A stretch of 64,000 bases of DNA from Leucoraja ocellata (Eukaryota), in NCBI GenBank assembly GCA_036785375.1, contig JAWMAR010000030.1:6882001-6946000 (forward strand), written 5' to 3'. Made by a program: the position numbers and the translations under genes. Shown piece after piece: positions 1 through 13,374 of this stretch. Positions within the stretch are counted from its first letter, which is position 1; the number at the start of each line of letters is the position of its first letter. The notes beneath the pieces are model-generated. The model had not been told where the DNA came from, ran no database searches, and was given only the letters and a program-made list of their open reading frames with translations.

Positions 1-1584
1 AAATACATTGTCTGTCAAATACAGCATCAAGCTTATTATAAACAGAAAGCCCATCAATCATAGACACACAATCCCATTGCAAACACAGTGCCCATCAATC
101 ATGGAATGCCAATGTTGTTACAAAAATATAACCATTTAATCATAGAATAACTTTGCTAGTACAAGTTGTTTGTCAATTTACCATTATTACTGGGTTAGTG
201 ACAATTCGTTTTCTCAGATGGCAAATTATTCTAAAACTAGAAAAGACTAGAAAAGGAGTATTCACTGTGATGGGTCTTCAACAATATTTTAGATTTTTGT
301 TTTCTTGAATGATCTGCTAATTTCAAATCTCTCAATTCTCTTCATTACTACAAATTCTATCAAGAAACATTCTAACTATTATTTTGACAGCCTACTCTTT
401 TCTTGACAATTGCTTGGGTTTTTTATTCAGCTACAAACATAAGCATCCACTGTCGATGTGATTGGAAAATAAAAACTCAAATATTTCCTGGGTTTAGTAG
501 CTTTAAGAATTAAGTGTTTTTTAGAATAGTGTGGACTGAATTGAGAGTGGTAACCATAATAAGATATAACCATTTTGGATTCAGCTGCATTTGTTCACTG
601 AAAACGTGCAAATATTTTAACAGGAAATAAAATGCTGTTGGATATAGAATTCTACATTAAGATGCAGTTCCACATAACTATTTAGGGCCCTTAAAGATTA
701 TCCTTCAGGATTGCTGAACCAAATGATTGAAGGCCTTGTATCGCAAAAACAAAAATGCATCGTGATCATTTATTGAATTATCTCACTTTGGAATAACAGT
801 ATCAGCGAGGAGATTTTAGTGTTTAAAAAGCGAGTTAAAATGTCTGTAATTTTCTTCAGGACTTGCAGTGGAACTATACGTGTGCAGACACACGTCTACA
901 AGCAAGCAAAGCTCCACAGGAAGCTAATTAACAAGTTGTTTCATCCTGTGGGCCCAATTAAATTCAATATAAATTTAAACTGCAAATCTAATATAACATG
1001 CCTTGACCTGAAATGCAGTGCAGTATTCTTTACTGGAATGGCAATTCAAATCTCATCAAAATTCCAAATAATGTCTGAGTGTGATAGTGAGTTGGTCCCG
1101 AATTACAAATTGCTTTCTTCCATGGAGTTGCACATGCATTGCTCAGTTCAAGAATATTTACTTTGCAGATTAACCTTATATTCATAGAGCAGATTGTCTC
1201 ATCCATAGATTATTCTACATAATTACTATCCACTGACAGTACCACTGAATAGTTACCACTGTTAAATAGGCAAAAACAACCACCAATTTCCACTGATCAA
1301 GTTCCCATTAGTTTTAATCTGTTTTTCATTATGATAGCAAGGACAACAGAAGGGTTCCCTGGTGTAGTTTTAAGTAGTTTTAAGGAATTCGATACATTCC
1401 CTTTGCATTATTTGAAAGCTTGACTCTTGAACAATGCAGTGCTCCTTCAGTTGGCACTAAAATATTCTGCACAAAAAAATCAGTGGTGCCTGAATTCATG
1501 ATTCTGACAGGAAATAGAGTATTACCACCTACTTACAGCAGGGGTAAAATTGTTATAGACAACATAAAGAAATTATAAAATAAA

Positions 1585-2150
1585 TCAAAAACTGTAGATG
1601 CTGGAAATCAGAAAATAAGCTGAAAATGGTAGAAATAAATCAGCAACATTGGTGGAAAGACAACATTTTAAACCAGAGGATTCTCACTCCCAACTGTTTG
1701 CTGAATTTGAATCTATAGTGAAATGAAACGAGGAGAGAAAATCTCGGAGAGCTGGAATTACTTCATGTATAAAAACTTGGAAAGAGATTTATGTTCTTGA
1801 GAACAACCCTCCAACAAAATTTGTCAATTATTTTATATGTCAATAAGTCACTTATGAAATATTTCAAAATACTCTTAATATATAATGTGAACATTTAAAT
1901 GTTCAAAATGAAAAGGTGTTGGGAAATTCAAAGTAAAACCAGAAAACGCTAGAAACACTCAACAGGTCAGGCAAATGGTTGAATAAATAAAGAAGCGTCT
2001 GAAGGAGGGTCCCGACCCAAAACATCACATATCCATTTTCTCCAGAGATGCTGCCTGACCCGCTGTAACTCCAGCATTTTATGTCTATTGTCAGAATAAT
2101 TAAGTTACTTTCTCCACAGTTACCTGAATAGCTGTATATTTTCAGCAAGT
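1585..2150. mobile_element. Two degenerate Penelope-end (pLTR-derived) short repeats
   Basis: actgtagatgctggaaat..., gtctgaaggagggtcccgacccaaaacatcac and ccagagatgctgcctgacccgctg match the family repeated throughout the window. Confidence 0.6.
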
Positions 2151-2184
2151 TCCATTTTTATTTTTAAATATGATTTTAGATTAC

Positions 2185-2800
2185 AAGGTCATAAGTAATA
2201 GGAGCAGAATTAGGCCATTTGGCCCATCAAGTCTACTCCGCCATTCAATCATGGCTGATTTATCTCTCCCTCCTAACCCCATTCTGCTGCCTTCTCCCCA
2301 TCACCCCTGACACCTGTACTAAACAAAAATCTATCTATCTCTGCCTTAAAAATATCCACTGACTTGGCCTCCACAGCCTTCTGTGCCAAAGAATTCCACA
2401 GATACACCACCCTCTGACGAAAGAAATTCCTCCTCACCTCCTTCCGAAAGGAACAACCTTTAACTCTGAGGCTATGATCTCCAGATCTGGACTCTTTGAC
2501 TAGTGGAAACATCCTCTCCACATCCACTCTATCCAAGCCTTTCACTATTGGGTAAGTTTCAACAAGGTCAACCCTCATTCTTCTAAACTCCAGCGAGTAC
2601 AGGCCCAGTGCTGTCAAACATTCATCATAAGTTGACCCATTCATTCCTGGGATCATTCTTGTAAACCTCAGCTGGACCATCACCAGGGCCAGCACATCCT
2701 TCCTCAGATATGGTGCCCAAAATTGCTCAAAATACTCCTACTGCGGCCTGATCAGTATTCCATCCCTGTTTTTGTATTCTAACCCTCTTGAAATGAATGC
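2185..2800 (-). mobile_element. CR1-clade (HER1-like) LINE 3' fragment
   Basis: ORF 2273-2695: RFTRMIPGM..LGLYSLEFRRMRVDLVETY..KGLDRVDVERMFPL..RRNFFRQRVVYLWNSL..FKAEIDRFL, a typical CR1 ORF2 C-terminus followed by its 3' UTR. Confidence 0.9.
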
Positions 2801-3634
2801 TTGAAATAAATACTGGTCTTTTATGACAATATTTTATAAATACTCAAAGTAATTATTATCTAATGTGGGCATTTGGTGGCACAGACCACACAACATCCAC
2901 CATCTTAGTGTGTTACATCTAGCAATTGCCATGTTATTAGATATTCACAGATTAATCACTAAGAGGCCACATAATTTAAAATAAAATGGAAATTAACTAT
3001 TTTAGACAGTTCTTTGTCGCGCGTATGGTTGTATACAATTCTTGATTGTATTCTCTGATGGACACTCTAAAAAACGGAATCTCTCACCTGCAACTCGTTC
3101 TTTAACTGCTCAGCCCTTATATTTTGCTAGCACTCTTGGCCAGTGCAGAAAATTAATGGAATTCCACCTAATACTTCTTTTCAGGCAGTCTCTTGGGATG
3201 GACTATAGTTCTGTGAGTTATGAAGTAGTTGATGAGGCCAATGATAAAGTTGGTTCTTTTTCCACAATCTAGAATATATCTCGAAAGCGCCGACTTCTTA
3301 AGTAGATATTTTAGTTGTTTAACTTACAAGAATCTGGGAGAAAAGAGCCACTATTTTATCACCCAGATTGGTGATTTGGAACACAGCCCAAAAACATATG
3401 GTATATAGTAGCTAATGGGCCTGCAAGCCAAGGGTCTCAAGTTCAAAATCACACAACAGGTTGTGAAATTGAATTCAATAAATCAGGTAATTTAAAGCCA
3501 GCAAAAAATTCTAAGAATATTTTTCTGCGTTCAACACCATTCTTGGTTGGTTCTTACAACAGTCAGGAGAACAATGGGTGGAAGGTAAATCACTCATTTG
3601 TTTGTTATAAAAATACGTAAAACAGGAGAATAGG

Positions 3635-4212
3635 GTTATAGAGTGATACAGTGTGGAAACAGGCCCTTCGGCCCAAGTTGCCCACACTGGCCAACATGTC
3701 CCAGCTACACTAGTCCCAGCCGTCTGCATTTGGGATAGGGGGGGGGGGGTGGGGTCAGGGAGAGGAGAAGGGGGGATGAAGGGGAGAGAAGGGGGGGGGG
3801 GGGAAGAAGGAGTGGAGACACTTTTAAAAAGCCAGACAAATTTTAACTTTGTTCTGAAAACTCGTACTAGCATTTCTTTTTTCCCCAATGAGCCAATGCC
3901 CAATGCCCGGTCAGCAATGGAGATTGTCTACGGCTACCTCAACTACCTATTACTACATGGCGACCCCACTACCACTGCACTACGAGTTCAAAAGAACTAT
4001 GCCGACCAATTTTTACTCGCGGAAAAAAGTTTCAGCACGTTGAAAAATGTTCTTCGACCAAACTGAGGTTGCGAGTATGCAGGAACATCTCTCGAGCATG
4101 AAGGAGAGTTACAGTGACCTCTAGGACCACGTGTCGACCATGCTACGAATTTGTGGCAGGCGCAAACTCTTCTAAACTCGCAAATTAGGTCGCCATAGTG
4201 GGATAGGCCCTT
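3635..4212. mobile_element. CR1 3' tail (3635-3730, minus) joined to a G-rich tract and a PIF/Harbinger-like MITE fragment
   Basis: The tail is the reverse complement of the 39900-40005 tail. The right end, agtgggataggccct, matches the GGGCCTGTCCCACT-type terminus also seen at about 29298 and 35460. Confidence 0.65.
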
Positions 4213-4289
4213 AGGTCTCTTGCTGGTTACTGATTATATTATGGATTTTGTCTTCAGTTAGTGAGCAAGATAAAGAAATCTAAAAATGA

Positions 4290-4880
4290 TTTAAAAATTG
4301 TCAAGTGGAGGAGGAAAACTTCCAAACTCAGGAGGATATGAATAATTTGGTCAATTGGGTAGGAAAGGGGGCAGGACAGGACAATTGGGGAGGACAGGAA
4401 GATCAGCAAATTAAGAATGCAAAAGGATGCTTCATTTTATTGTCAGACATATAATATAAGAGCATGAAAATTGTGGTATGAAAGCACAGAAGAGTACAAT
4501 TCTACTTAGGTATAATACAAGTACTGTATACAATTCAGGTCACCATTGTTCAGGAAATATATAATTGTACAGGAGATGGTGCTATGGTAATTTATAAGAA
4601 TGGTGCCCAGGACTAAAAATGATTAATTATGAGGAAAAGTTGGATAGGCTGGGAAATTCTTTCTGTCATAGGAAATATGTGTGTCAAAATACAAAGGACA
4701 TAGACTTGGTAATTGGTAAAATAGAGGAAAAGTGACGCCATTTTATGTAATCTAGAGAGTGCAGGGTTCTCAAACTCATTGCCAGAGAGGGCAATAAAAA
4801 CAAAAACAATCATCATATTTTAATAGTGTCAGTAGGGTTATGGATCAAGTGCTGGAAAATGGGATGATGTTGTGTAGATC
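4290..4880 (+). mobile_element. Highly decayed CR1-like LINE
   Basis: Residual motifs (gtatacaattcaggtcaccattgttcaggaa, tttataagaatggtgcccagg, tcattgccagagagggca) parallel the CR1 3' region. Confidence 0.5.
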
Positions 4881-6444
4881 ATTTTTTGTTGTGTCATAAC
4901 TTTTTAATAATGTTATTTATAGATTTGTTTAATGTTATGAAGGTAAGAACTTATTGATCGGCAACCTTGAAACACATTTTAGACTTAAAATTACTGCAGA
5001 GCATGTTTCATTATGATTCTTAGTGTCCAAATAAAAGATGGAACATGCATGCCTAAAAGGGTTTCCTTGGTTTAAGGGTTCATTTGTGGAGCTGGGTGAT
5101 GTGGGGGCAGTGGTATGTGGGCTTAGTTGGTGGGAATTATCCTTCAGCAGGAGTTCAAGTTTAGCCACGATCTTTTTAAACTCAAAGTACAGCCAAATCA
5201 CTTCACATTAGGCAGGGAGTGATGCTCAATGGAATGGGCAGCATAAGATGCAGCTTTGGTGTTAAAGCAATACTTACAAATCATATGTCCGATTTCAGTT
5301 GACATGTCGAGTTTTTCTGTCTAACAAACTCGAAATTTGACAATGAGCGTTTATCATTTTCTTGAAAACCAGAAAAAAAGGATTTTGCAGATATGGCAGA
5401 AATGCTTGAACACAAATGATTGGCAAACTAACATTTAACTAAGATTAAGAAAAGCACAGAGAACAAAAGACACAATGAAAGACAAAGAAACATTGTCAAA
5501 CAGCTGACAATGAGAAAATGATGAATAAGAGCAAGAATTTTATGGGACGTTTTGGTAACACATGTTCCGTCTTGTTATTTTAAAGATGGATTTACACTAC
5601 ATTTCATAGTCGTTTTGAAGCCAACACATGCACAACACTGTTATAGGACTGTCAACATTGATGTCTGTAGCTTGCCAATTGTCCTGGCCTGCAATGATAA
5701 AATTGCATCTGAACACTTGCCTTATGCTGTGGTATACATCTACAGGCTGAACTACAGTGGCAGTAAATGAATTCCAATATTGTTCCACAGGGGATTACAC
5801 TCCTGTATCATCCTTTTAATTACTGGCAGGTCTGAGTTCATTTTAGCATGCTGCCTTGTAAAGATTTCTGTCCCATTATTTTTACCTCGACTATATTTCA
5901 CCTAGTCATCAATTTATTCTCCAAATAACTTCACTGAATGCTAGATTAGATTACCAATTAGTCGGCCCCAAATATCTCTTAATGTCTATGAAACGTAATG
6001 TTAAAAATGCAAATTTTAATTCTATTTGAATAGTCATTTATCAGTGACAGCAAAGTATGTAATTATGTCTTTTCTGAAAACATTGACCAATAGTACATTT
6101 TTAATGTAATATCGACTGCCAGAATTGAGTGCAATATAATCCAGTGAATACAGATGGCCGAGGGTGTAGCAAAACTGCAGACATAAGCCATAAAATCAAT
6201 TTGACTTTTATTGAAGCACGGATTCAAGCATTCTTAACAAAAATTAAATCTCATGTTTAATTATTTTGCCGGATTGCAGGCAAATGGGATTAATGCAGAT
6301 GGCAAAATGGGCAGCATGGGCATGGCATGAGGGAAGGCACACTTCTGTGATGTACACCTCTAATACGTAAACTAAATGTTTATGTTGGGTATCTATTCTA
6401 AGTTTTGATTTTGAATTTTCTGCTCCAATGAACTTTACTCTAGG

Positions 6445-6790
6445 ATAGATAGGTTTGGTTTATTATTGTTACGTGTACTGAGATACAGTGAAAAGTTTAT
6501 TTGCGTGCTATCCAGTCAAAACTTGCTTTACAGGAGTACAATTAAGCCATACAACAGGAGAAGCAAAGAGAAAAATACCAACACGCAGAATATAGTATTA
6601 TAGCATTATAACAATACAGTTACTGAGAAAAGTGCAAGGTCCACAATGAGATGGGTTGGAGAGTCAGAACTACAACTACTTTACGAGAGAACCATTCAGT
6701 CTGATAACGGTGGGGTCCTGAATCTGGTGCACATGTTTTCAAGCTTTTGTATCTTCTGTCCAACAGGAGACAGGAGGAAAGAGTAAGACT
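6445..6790 (-). mobile_element. Rex1/Babar-like LINE 3' fragment
   Basis: tttattattgttacgtgtactgagatacagtgaaaag tail and ttcaagcttttgtatcttctg, shared with the 39100/40140 copies. Confidence 0.6.
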
Positions 6791-7732
6791 GGGGTGAAAA
6801 TTGTAAACTCTAACTTTTGCTTTACAATGAAGCCTCCAATAATATTCCTCTATTAATGGTCACTTGGCAACAAGCGACTTGATTAGTCTGGAATCAGTGA
6901 AAGACGTCAGAAATTCAGTACGTGAACGTGACATATTTAAGCTCATACTGACCTTACTTTAGACTGATACATCTTCATTTACTTTATTCAGATATCAGAG
7001 ATGAAGCTAGTGGCACAGGACAGCACTGAATCGTGTGAAAGGAACATATGAAAAGCTAGTGACCTATACGAAAATTAAATATGGTGAAATAAATCAAATT
7101 ATTGATTGAAAATTACATTTTAATATGGGTTCCCCTGAACATTCTTCATTCTACAAAGTATGTACGGTGCAATAAACAAGATCAATACGAACTAGCGGAT
7201 ACTCGAACATATAATTATATTTATAATATTGTTCATATTCGAACAGCTGCTGAGTGTGAGATGGAACATTTATATTCAATCTTAAGGTAAATGTAGTTTG
7301 TGATGTGGGTCAGGCCACTTGCGATTAAGTTACAAGAAATGTTGAAACATGGCGGAGATTGCCAACAATGTGGTTGAATTATGTTCATGACTTAAAAGAA
7401 ACGAGTACAAATGAAATAATACTTTATAAAGACAAACTGATGGCCTGTTCATAAAATCAACTAGAGCAGTGCTGTGTTGGAAGAAAGGATGATTGTATTC
7501 AAAGCTCCAGGGCAGAGAACTGAAACGTCAGTAGGGAAGGATGGTAACAGTGTGTGCAATAATAGAGATAAGTTTTGGATTGGGGCACAAATGCATGACA
7601 CCTAACATGTTATGCAAGTTACATAGGATGGCAACCATAATAAAACCTCATTATAATGGACCATATGGGAGGGGGGGTACTCATTATTGCCGATTGTCCA
7701 TTATAACCGAATAAAGTGAATCGTGTGAAAGG

Positions 7733-8202
7733 CGCTCCCGTGAGGGCGACCCGGCTCGGGGCTGGAACTGTGCTCCGGCGGCTGAGACGGCGTTCTGGCG
7801 GCGGCAGCCTGAGGCGGGGTTCTGGCGGCGGGGTTCGGCCGCGGGCCAGTGGACGACATCGTCAACAGTTGCGTCCGCTGGACTGGAGGGCGGCAGCTTC
7901 GACCACCCCCGGGCCGCGGAGTTTGAACCGGCCCGTTCGCGGAGCTCGGTGAGCTGCGGGACTGACTTACCATCGCCCGGTGAGGTATCGCCTCAGCGCA
8001 GAGGGAGAAGAGGAGGGAAGAGACAGCAGCCCTAAGATTTTTGCCTCCATCACAGTGAGGAGGTGTTTGGTGGACTCACTGTGGTGGATGTTAATTTGTG
8101 TTTACTGTCTGTTCATTTGTTTATTATTGTATGTATAGCTGCAGGTAACGACATTTCGTTCAGACTGTAAGGTCTAAATGACAAATAAAGGATCTAATTC
8201 TA
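7733..8202 (+). mobile_element. GC/CpG-rich non-autonomous retroelement-like insertion
   Basis: Abrupt CpG-rich block in an AT-rich intron, ending in a LINE-type tail (atttcgttcagac...aatgacaaataaagg); overlapping ORFs are low-complexity. Confidence 0.55.
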
Positions 8203-8219
8203 AAGTATAATTGTACAAA

Positions 8220-8395
8220 CAACTGCAGATGGTGGTTGATACACAAAAGGACACAAAGTGCTGGAGTAACTCAGTTTTGGGTTGGGCAGCATCGCTGGAG
8301 AATATGGATAAGTTGGGATCTTCGGACTGATTCAGTCTCAGATTCAGATTCAATTTTAATTGTCTGCCGAGTTACTCCAGCACTTTGCGTCTATC
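8220..8395. mobile_element. Penelope-end repeat interrupted by a short (ttcaga)n LINE tail
   Basis: aactgcagat...gacacaaagtgctggagtaactcag ... gagttactccagcactttg, with tcagattcagattcaattttaattgtc inside (same tail at about 57740). Confidence 0.6.
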
Positions 8396-8469
8396 TGGGA
8401 TGGTAAGGGTTGGGGAAGGAGTTCGTGGGTTTGAGCGAGGAAGGGTCTCCATAATTTGGGTATTTTGTC

Positions 8470-9150
8470 ATTGTGCTATTCATACAAGGGAAAAAAATCA
8501 CATTCATGCTGGTATCCCGTTTAGGAGGTGGCAGAAATGTCGGAGGATGATGTGTTGTACGCAATAGCTGATTGGGTGAAAGATGAGGACTAGGGGGACT
8601 CTGTCCCTGTCGCGACTGGGGAGAGGGGGAGCAAGAATGGAACTATGGGATACAGAGGAGGCACGTGTGGGAGCTTCATCTGTGATAGAAGAGGGGAACC
8701 CCTATTCCCTAAAGAATGGGAACATCTCAGATGTCCTGGTATGGAACACCTCACCTTGGGAGTATATGAGGCAGAGACGGAGGAACTAGGAGTAGGGGAT
8801 AGAGTCTTTGCAGGAGGCAGGGTGGGAAGAAGTATAGTCCAGATAGCTGTGGGAGTCAGTAGGTTTGTAATATACATTTACGATAGTCTATCTTGTGTGA
8901 TGGAGATAGTGCGATCAAGAAAGGGGAGGGAGATATGAGACTTGGTCCAGGTGCATTTGAGTGCAGTGTGGAAGTTAGTAGAGAAGTTAATGTCCACGAG
9001 TTCTGGATGGGTGCAGGAGGTAGCTAGAATGCAGTCGTCAATGGAGTGGAGATAGGGTTTGGGGATAAGGGCCAGTGTATGCCTGGAACTGAGAATATTT
9101 GATGTACCCAACAAAAGGCAGGCTTTGCTTGGACCCATGCAAGTGCCCGT
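8470..9150 (-). mobile_element. Penelope-like element, reverse transcriptase fragment (decayed)
   Basis: Minus ORFs give TCMGPSKACLL, YLHSIDDCI (YIDD-like) and SLPFLD..ISITQDRLS, followed by frameshifted YKPTDSHSYLDYTSSHP-type sequence. Confidence 0.85.
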
Positions 9151-9768
9151 AGATCTTGACTTGGCATTGGACTTATTTATACATGTTGGATTAAAAGGTA
9201 TAAAAAATAATGAAATAATTTGAGTGGACTTCAGAAGAAAGCTTTTCAAAAAAATATATAATTCATAGAAATAATGGTCAGGATTTAATTATCCTTATGA
9301 TGACATTTTGTTCATTAGATTGACTTAGATTTCTGAAAGACTTCTGATACTGATTCTGATGGCAATTAATCAGTGATCCACAAGTTAAAATGAAGGCTCA
9401 TAGTCTACGGTTATAGCTATTGGAAATGCAGCAAAAATAATGGGGAATTTATGATGTCAAGAGCACCTATGATAATCGTTGAGCCAGCAGACACTGGTCA
9501 ACTATCTTTAACAAGCGTACAAATCTCTTCATCTCCTGAATTTTTGGTACACTGCCTTTAGACAATTCATTTCAGCATATGCACGTTCTTCATTTTTCTT
9601 ATTTATCAATGTTTCAATTCCAGCAAAATCAAATCATTGGATGTTTTATTCTATTTTTGTAGCGTCTAAATCTTAATAATTAAGGTTTTCAATTAGAATA
9701 CCACACATAATTTAGATATAAATTATTGGTTAGGTTAGTTACCAAGATAATCATTTTGGGATTTTTAT

Positions 9769-9970
9769 GTGTAGGAAGGAACTGCAGATGCTGGTTTAAA
9801 ACGAAGATAGACACAAAAAGCTGGAGTAACTCAGCAGGACAGGCAGCATCTCTGAGAGAAGGAATGGGTGACGTTTCGGGTCGAGACCAGTCTGAAGAAG
9901 GGTCCTGACCCTAAACGTCACCCATACCTTCTTTCCAGAGATGCTCTTACTCCAGCTTTTTGTGACTATC
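9769..9970. mobile_element. Fold-back Penelope-end element with degenerate hammerhead motif
   Basis: Inverted arms meet at gaccagtctgaagaagggtcctgaccctaaacgtca; flanked by an imperfect ttgggatt..tat duplication. Confidence 0.8.
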
Positions 9971-10898
9971 TTGGGATTATTTATCTTCACTTTCAATTAA
10001 AACTATTAGTAGTACATTAATCAAAATGCTTTGATCATTCCACACAGCAGTGTTTTCAAGTTATTGGTTAGAATTAGATGTGTGCCTGCATTGGCGCGCA
10101 TAGATTGGCCTCCCGCATTTAATCTGAAATTCAGTATTGTTTGTTTGACTATTTCTCACTGGACAATTATTGGTCAATTTTACCATCCTCAAAAAAAGTT
10201 ACATGTTCAGAAATTATTTAAAATGTGACTGTAAAAAATAATGTCAGAATTCCTCCTTTGGCACATTGTCTGAATTGAAAATATGCACACCCACTCAAGG
10301 GCTTCTGGTTCAGAGGCTGCAAACCCCAATCTTTCCCACCTCTGCTGGATAATGGACCAGATGACAGGAATTTAATTGGGCCAATTAACAATATTACAAG
10401 TAGTTGGGGAAGTTGTTACTGAGAGACAACAACTGCATATTAATATACACTTGGTTGTGATGGATGAGTTGGGGTGAAGGCCTGTCTCTGTGCTACATGC
10501 CTATGTGATTCTGCTGTAGTGCAAGGCTGTATCAGAAGCAGAAATCAGGGACTCTATGGCACCAGTCACATTTCAGAAGCTACTTTGCCTTCCAGGCTAT
10601 GTGCAGTGTTCAAAGGATTAAAACAACCATCACAAAATAGGAAAGCGAACAGCATACATTGCCATAACACCCATTTACAGATTCCCGCATATGGATTGGT
10701 GAGTGGTCTATGAATGTCAACAAAATACAAACAAGGAGACTGATATTACAGCCAGCCAGAGGCAATCTCTGTTGGTCACCAGCAAAGCACGGCACCCACT
10801 GTATCTGTCAGAATGCAACCCCAACTGTGCTCCTGGAATGACTGAATTCAGGATGAACTAAACCAGTAAGAGCTAAGGGACAACACTTGTAAGTAACA

Positions 10899-10939
10899 GG
10901 TCTACCTTCGATTTTTCCAGCATCTGCAGTTCTTTCTTA
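10899..10939 (-). mobile_element. 41-bp Penelope-end insertion with 17-bp target duplication
   Basis: aacacttgtaagtaaca at 10882-10898 and 10940-10956 flanks ggtctaccttcgatttttccagcatctgcagttctttctta. Confidence 0.85.
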
Positions 10940-12540
10940 AACACTTGTAAGTAACACTCACCGAGATTCAGTAAACAGCAGCCTGGGAAGTTAGTTTATT
11001 TTACCAAGACCAAGACTGGATAAATTGAAAGGTATAAGACAGTGGACATGTGGTTGCAGTGAGATAAGAAACAATGGGTTTGCCGTAAGACATCTCCAAT
11101 TCCATCCAAGTCTTCAGCAGCAGGCTTCTGCTGTATTGGTAATAGAAAATAACTAAAGGCCTAGTTTAAGACACAAATACCTAAATGGCAAGGCTTGGCC
11201 ATGGGCCCCATGTTGTGAACAAGGTCCTTGCCTATGCAATCAATTCCACAAATCTCTGTATATAATTGACACAGTATCAATAACTAGGATACTACTCAAT
11301 TGAAGTTGAAAACAGAGATGATACTTTGGCAACCAATAGGCTATAGGATGAAGATGACCACTATTGGCGGGATTTGGACTGTACTAGCAATCTATACTAT
11401 TTTATTGGAAAGAATCAGAAGGAATAGGAAGGAGATGAATCTGAGGAATAGAATTTAACTCCTCACTAAATACTGAACAGCACAAGAACTCGGGATTGCA
11501 CAGAGAACCATGAAACAACAAAAACAAGGAGAGATGCCAAGTATGGGACTCAGAGAACAAATAAAAGTCTAAAAGTCTGACTAAAACTATTCAACTCATG
11601 TCTTGAAGATTGTATACGGTGCAAGAGTTCTTATATATTATCTTTGCAATCTAAGAGTTTGAATAAGGCAAAGTATATCTTTCTCCAGCTGTCAATGGTG
11701 TGCATCGAATATAACCATGATTTCAGCATAAATGGAGTCAGAGATTAAATGGAGTATAACACTACTACCTCATTTAGAAATAAGTTAAATCAGCACCAGT
11801 AAGGATTTGAACACAGGTCCACAGGTTTTTGATATTTAGAGGCAGTATACCTTGAAAATAATGCAGTCATACTCATAGTGCACATTTGCTGCACTATAGA
11901 ATGAAAGAAAAGACATACATAACAGTCCTTGTGAATAAGTAGCGATTTGGAGAATATGATAAGAGTAATTGTGTAATAAAGATCTGAGGAATTGTTGGCC
12001 TTTATGAAAAATTAAACTATGAATCAGCATTTGGACTTGGATCTTATTTGACTTTTAATAATAATGATCATAAATGTGGAATGAGGAACATCTGTGATTT
12101 AATTCAAACGTGTAAGTATTTTTATTTTTAACATCTCTATTATAAACAGTGCCAATGGTGAGCTTATGACAAACCATGAAATCATAGATAATTATCACTT
12201 AGGCTTATTAAGCAGTACCTGTGCCAGATACGCAGCAATCTTATAACTGGCTGAATTGTTGCCTTGTCAAATCTCAGCAGGACCAATCACAAAAAGCAGT
12301 GGAAGCATTATTCTTCCATGCTGTTGTCTCAAGAACTATGTGATTCCATGCCTTTGGCCCAGTGATAATATGTTACAACTTGCCCCCATGAAGAATCTAT
12401 TTTCTAGTTCAAATGTTGAGATGCAAATATGACAGGGTGTAGGAGTTGGGAACAATCAATAAAAGGAGCCGGAACATGGTACGGTGAAGCAGCACACCAG
12501 GATTTTAACATGAATACCCAAGCAAGCTAGTTCAATATTC

Positions 12541-12682
12541 TGTAGGAAGGAACTGCAGATGCTGGTTTAAACCATAGACACAAAAAGCTGGAGTAACTCA
12601 GGCAGCATCTCTGGACCGGAAACGTCACCCATTCCTTCTCTCCAGAGATGCTGCCTGTTACTCCAGATTTTTGTGTCTATCT
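12541..12682. mobile_element. Fold-back Penelope-end element (internally deleted)
   Basis: gtaggaaggaactgcagatgctgg... and inverted arm ...ctccagattttttgtgtctatc; tagttcaat duplicated on both sides. Confidence 0.75.
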
Positions 12683-12769
12683 TTAGTTCAATGTTGTTAT
12701 AGGTACTAGGTCATGGTGATCGAGTATAGAAAATACTTCAAAACACCATTCATACTGGCCATCCAGCAT

Positions 12770-13180
12770 CCACTTACACTAGTCCCATTTTATTCTCTCT
12801 ATTTTTCCATCATTCACACCCCACCAAATTCTACCACACATCTATACACCAAATTTACACTCATCAATTAATCAATCAACTGCCCATATCTGAGATGTGG
12901 AGGAAATTGGAATATTTTGGGGAGACACATGGTCAAAAGAAGAGCATGCAAACTTCACACAGACAGCACCCGTGGGCAGGATTGACCTGGATTGCTGGGG
13001 TGGGAGATTGCAACCTTCACGTCATCCACCCTGTTTCGACTAATGCAATCAACCCGACGTGCACACACAATTGGATCAAATAGAAAAGTTGACCTTCAAC
13101 TTTAGGCTGTGCACACCATACGCAAGAAGACGACCTGGTTCGCTAATGTTATAAGGCAGCAGCTCCACTAGGTGCTTCAC
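12770..13180 (-). mobile_element. Decayed HE1-like tRNA SINE carrying a nested ~135-bp GAA-tailed element (12997-13130, plus)
   Basis: Reverse-complement similarity to the 38278 SINE; the insert is near-identical to 53598-53736 and flanked by gacctgg..gct duplications. Confidence 0.7.
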
Positions 13181-13374
13181 CATTCTACCCAACCATTCAT
13201 TTGATATATTACCTGCAATGCTGAGGGTGTTGACATTATTCCAGAATCAACTGGGGATCCTCATTCTTTCTTCCTAGTGCTATTAAAATAATTACCTGGT
13301 CATTCATTACAATTGTTTTTCTGATCATATTTGCCTCCCTGCAATGCTGGCTGTAGCTCAGAGAAGTACTTCTC

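Noticed and set aside
819-1187. 122-aa plus-strand ORF
   Set aside because: GTG start, no recognisable domain or splice context, antisense within an intron.
7701-7973. CpG island / promoter or Arg-Gly-rich ORFs
   Set aside because: Sharp boundaries and a retroelement-type tail indicate a repeat insertion.
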